In this document: positions 62,214 through 64,000 of the stretch, piece after piece
How positions within the stretch are numbered: the first letter of the stretch is position 1
How the letters are laid out: every line of letters begins with the position of its first letter
Assembly: GCA_963575745.1 (NCBI GenBank)
Contig: CAUYUJ010000002.1
Coordinates: forward strand, 1,984,001 to 2,048,000
Length of the DNA: 64,000 nt
Reading direction: 5' to 3'
From: Prorocentrum cordatum
Taxonomy: Eukaryota
Notes under the pieces: generated by a model
Databases searched by the model: none
Told to the model about the DNA's origin: nothing
The model's input: the letters and a program-made list of their open reading frames with translations, nothing else
Translations under genes and position numbers: made by a program

Positions 62214-63398
62214 GGTGTGCGGGACGCATGCGGACGGCAGCACTGGGGCCTTCGGTGGAGCTCCCTGTGGGGCCACGAAACGTGTGAGGGGTGTGCCGAA
62301 ATGGGTGTGCGGGACGCATGCGGACGGCAGCCATGGGGCCTTCGGTGGAGCTCCCTGTGGGGCCACGAAACGTGTGAGGGGTGTGCCGAAATGGGTGTGC
62401 GGGACGCATGCGGACGGCAGCACTGGGGCCTTCGGTGGAGCTCCCTGTGGGGCCACGAAACGTGTGAGGGGTGTGCCGAAATGGGTGTGCGGGACGCATG
62501 CGGACGGCAGCCATGGGGCCTTCGGTGGAGCTCCCTATGGGGCCACGAAACGTGTGAGGGGTGTGCCGAAATGGGTGTGCGGGACGCATGCGGACGGCAG
62601 CACTGGGGCCTTCGGTGGAGCTCCCTGTGGGGCCACGAAACGTGTGAGGGGTGTGCCGAAATGGGTGTGCGGGACGCATGCGGACGGCAGCCATGGGGCC
62701 TTCGGTGGAGCTCCCTATGGGGCCACGAAACGTGTGAGGGGTGTGCCGAAATGGGTGTGCGGGACGCATGCGGACGGCACATGGGGCCTTCAACACTGGT
62801 TCTGTTCGGTGGAGCTCCCTGTGGGGCCACGAAACGTGTGAGGGGTGTGCCGAAATGGGTGTGCGGGACGCATGCGGACGGCAACACTGGGGCCTTCGGT
62901 GGAGCTCCCTGTGGGGCCACGAAACGTGTGAGGGGTGTGCCGAAATGGGTGTGCGGGACGCATGCGGACGGCAGCCATGGGGCCTTCGGTGGAGCTCCCT
63001 ATGGGGCCACGAAACGTGTGAGGGGTGTGCCGAAATGGGTGTGCGGGACGCATGCGGACGGCAGCACTGGGGCCTTCGGTGGAGCTCCCTGTGGGGCCAC
63101 GAAACGTGTGAGGGGTGTGCCAATGGGTGTGCGGGACGCATGCGGACGGCAGCCATGGGGCCTTCGGTGGAGCTCCCTATGGGGCCACGAAACGTGTGAG
63201 GGGTGTGCCGAAATGGGTGTGCGGGACGCATGCGGACGGCAGCACTGGGGCCTTCGGTGGAGCTCCCTGTGGGGCCACGAAACGTGTGAGGGGTGTGCCG
63301 AAATGGGTGTGCGGGACGCATGCGGACGGCAGCCCTCGGGCCTTCGGTGGAGCTCCCTATGGGGCCACGAAACGTGTGAGGGGTGTGCCGAAATGGGT
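62214..63398 (+). repeat. 90-bp tandem satellite (about 13 units) with a 180-bp dimeric higher-order structure; degenerate units at 60690-61920
   Basis: GGGACGCATG recurs at 62221, 62311, 62401, 62491, 62581, 62671 and 62761. CACTGG and CCATGG variants alternate. Confidence 0.95.
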
Positions 63399-63452
63399 GA
63401 TGACGATGACGATGACGACGATGACAATGACGATGGTGATGATGATAATGAC

Positions 63453-63513
<61 letters not shown>

Positions 63514-64000
63514 GGAGTAGGGAGGAGGGGGAGGAGGAGGAGAGGAGGTGGGACGCGGGGCGCTGTCTCTTCAAAACGAGGACCCAACACCACAGGATGG
63601 TTGGGAAAAAGAGCGCCAGTCGTCGCATCACCGTATGCCCCCCCCTCACCCTGCTTTCTCTGTCCCTCGCCTGCCCTTCGCTTTCGCCCCTCCCGCTCCG
63701 CCCCCCCCCTTTCCCGCGCAATTCCGCCCAGGGATCGTCGGTGGGCGCGCGTCGGCGGTCACCGGGCACACGCGCCATGCACATTAGTTACTGCTGGGGG
63801 GCAGAGAAATCACCAGGGACCGGGGACGCGGCCCTGGCGGCCTCATTCAACACAGTTCTGTGTAAAAGACGTACGATTGCTTCACTTTTCTGCCGTTTTG
63901 GCAGGGAAGAAAAACACTTCCTCGTTGCGCGTGGTTTACCGGATCCGCGCACCATTGCCCATGAGTAGCGCCGTGGCCACAATATCCCCGGGGGCCACAC

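Noticed and set aside
62214..63398. CRISPR array
   Set aside because: The units are contiguous with no unique spacers, and there are no cas genes.
61649..63968. Long ORFs (423-621 aa) on both strands
   Set aside because: They are translations of a 90-bp satellite whose unit length is a multiple of three, and they are open on both strands in several frames.

Overview
Repeat-dominated, GC-rich eukaryotic DNA, almost certainly dinoflagellate: two perfect 22-nt dinoflagellate spliced leaders (DinoSL, TCCGTAGCCATTTTGGCTCAAG) lie at 37052-37073 (-) and 59937-59958 (+). Main contents: (1) a decayed, 5'-truncated LINE (~4.0-8.4 kb); (2) a complete but mutated tyrosine-recombinase (DIRS/Ngaro-type) retrotransposon (9010-15403) with split direct repeats A1...B1-A2-B2, gag, RT-RNase H, YR and a C5 cytosine DNA methyltransferase cargo, whose A repeats contain a DinoSL-like motif; (3) a full-length LINE (28750-37073, minus) that begins exactly at a perfect DinoSL and sits in a (CAT)n tract; (4) an intronless SL-bearing retrogene for a four-TM protein (60101-60580); (5) many non-autonomous elements with conserved ends and microsatellite or minisatellite interiors. 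These include a Helentron-like insertion with empty and filled sites both visible, and a T-shaped hairpin family with a conserved core but different stems. There are also interstitial telomere-like blocks, a 90/180-bp satellite and a 100-N gap. Most ORFs in the supplied track are artefacts of high GC and simple repeats. All protein assignments are by motif recognition only; no searches were run.
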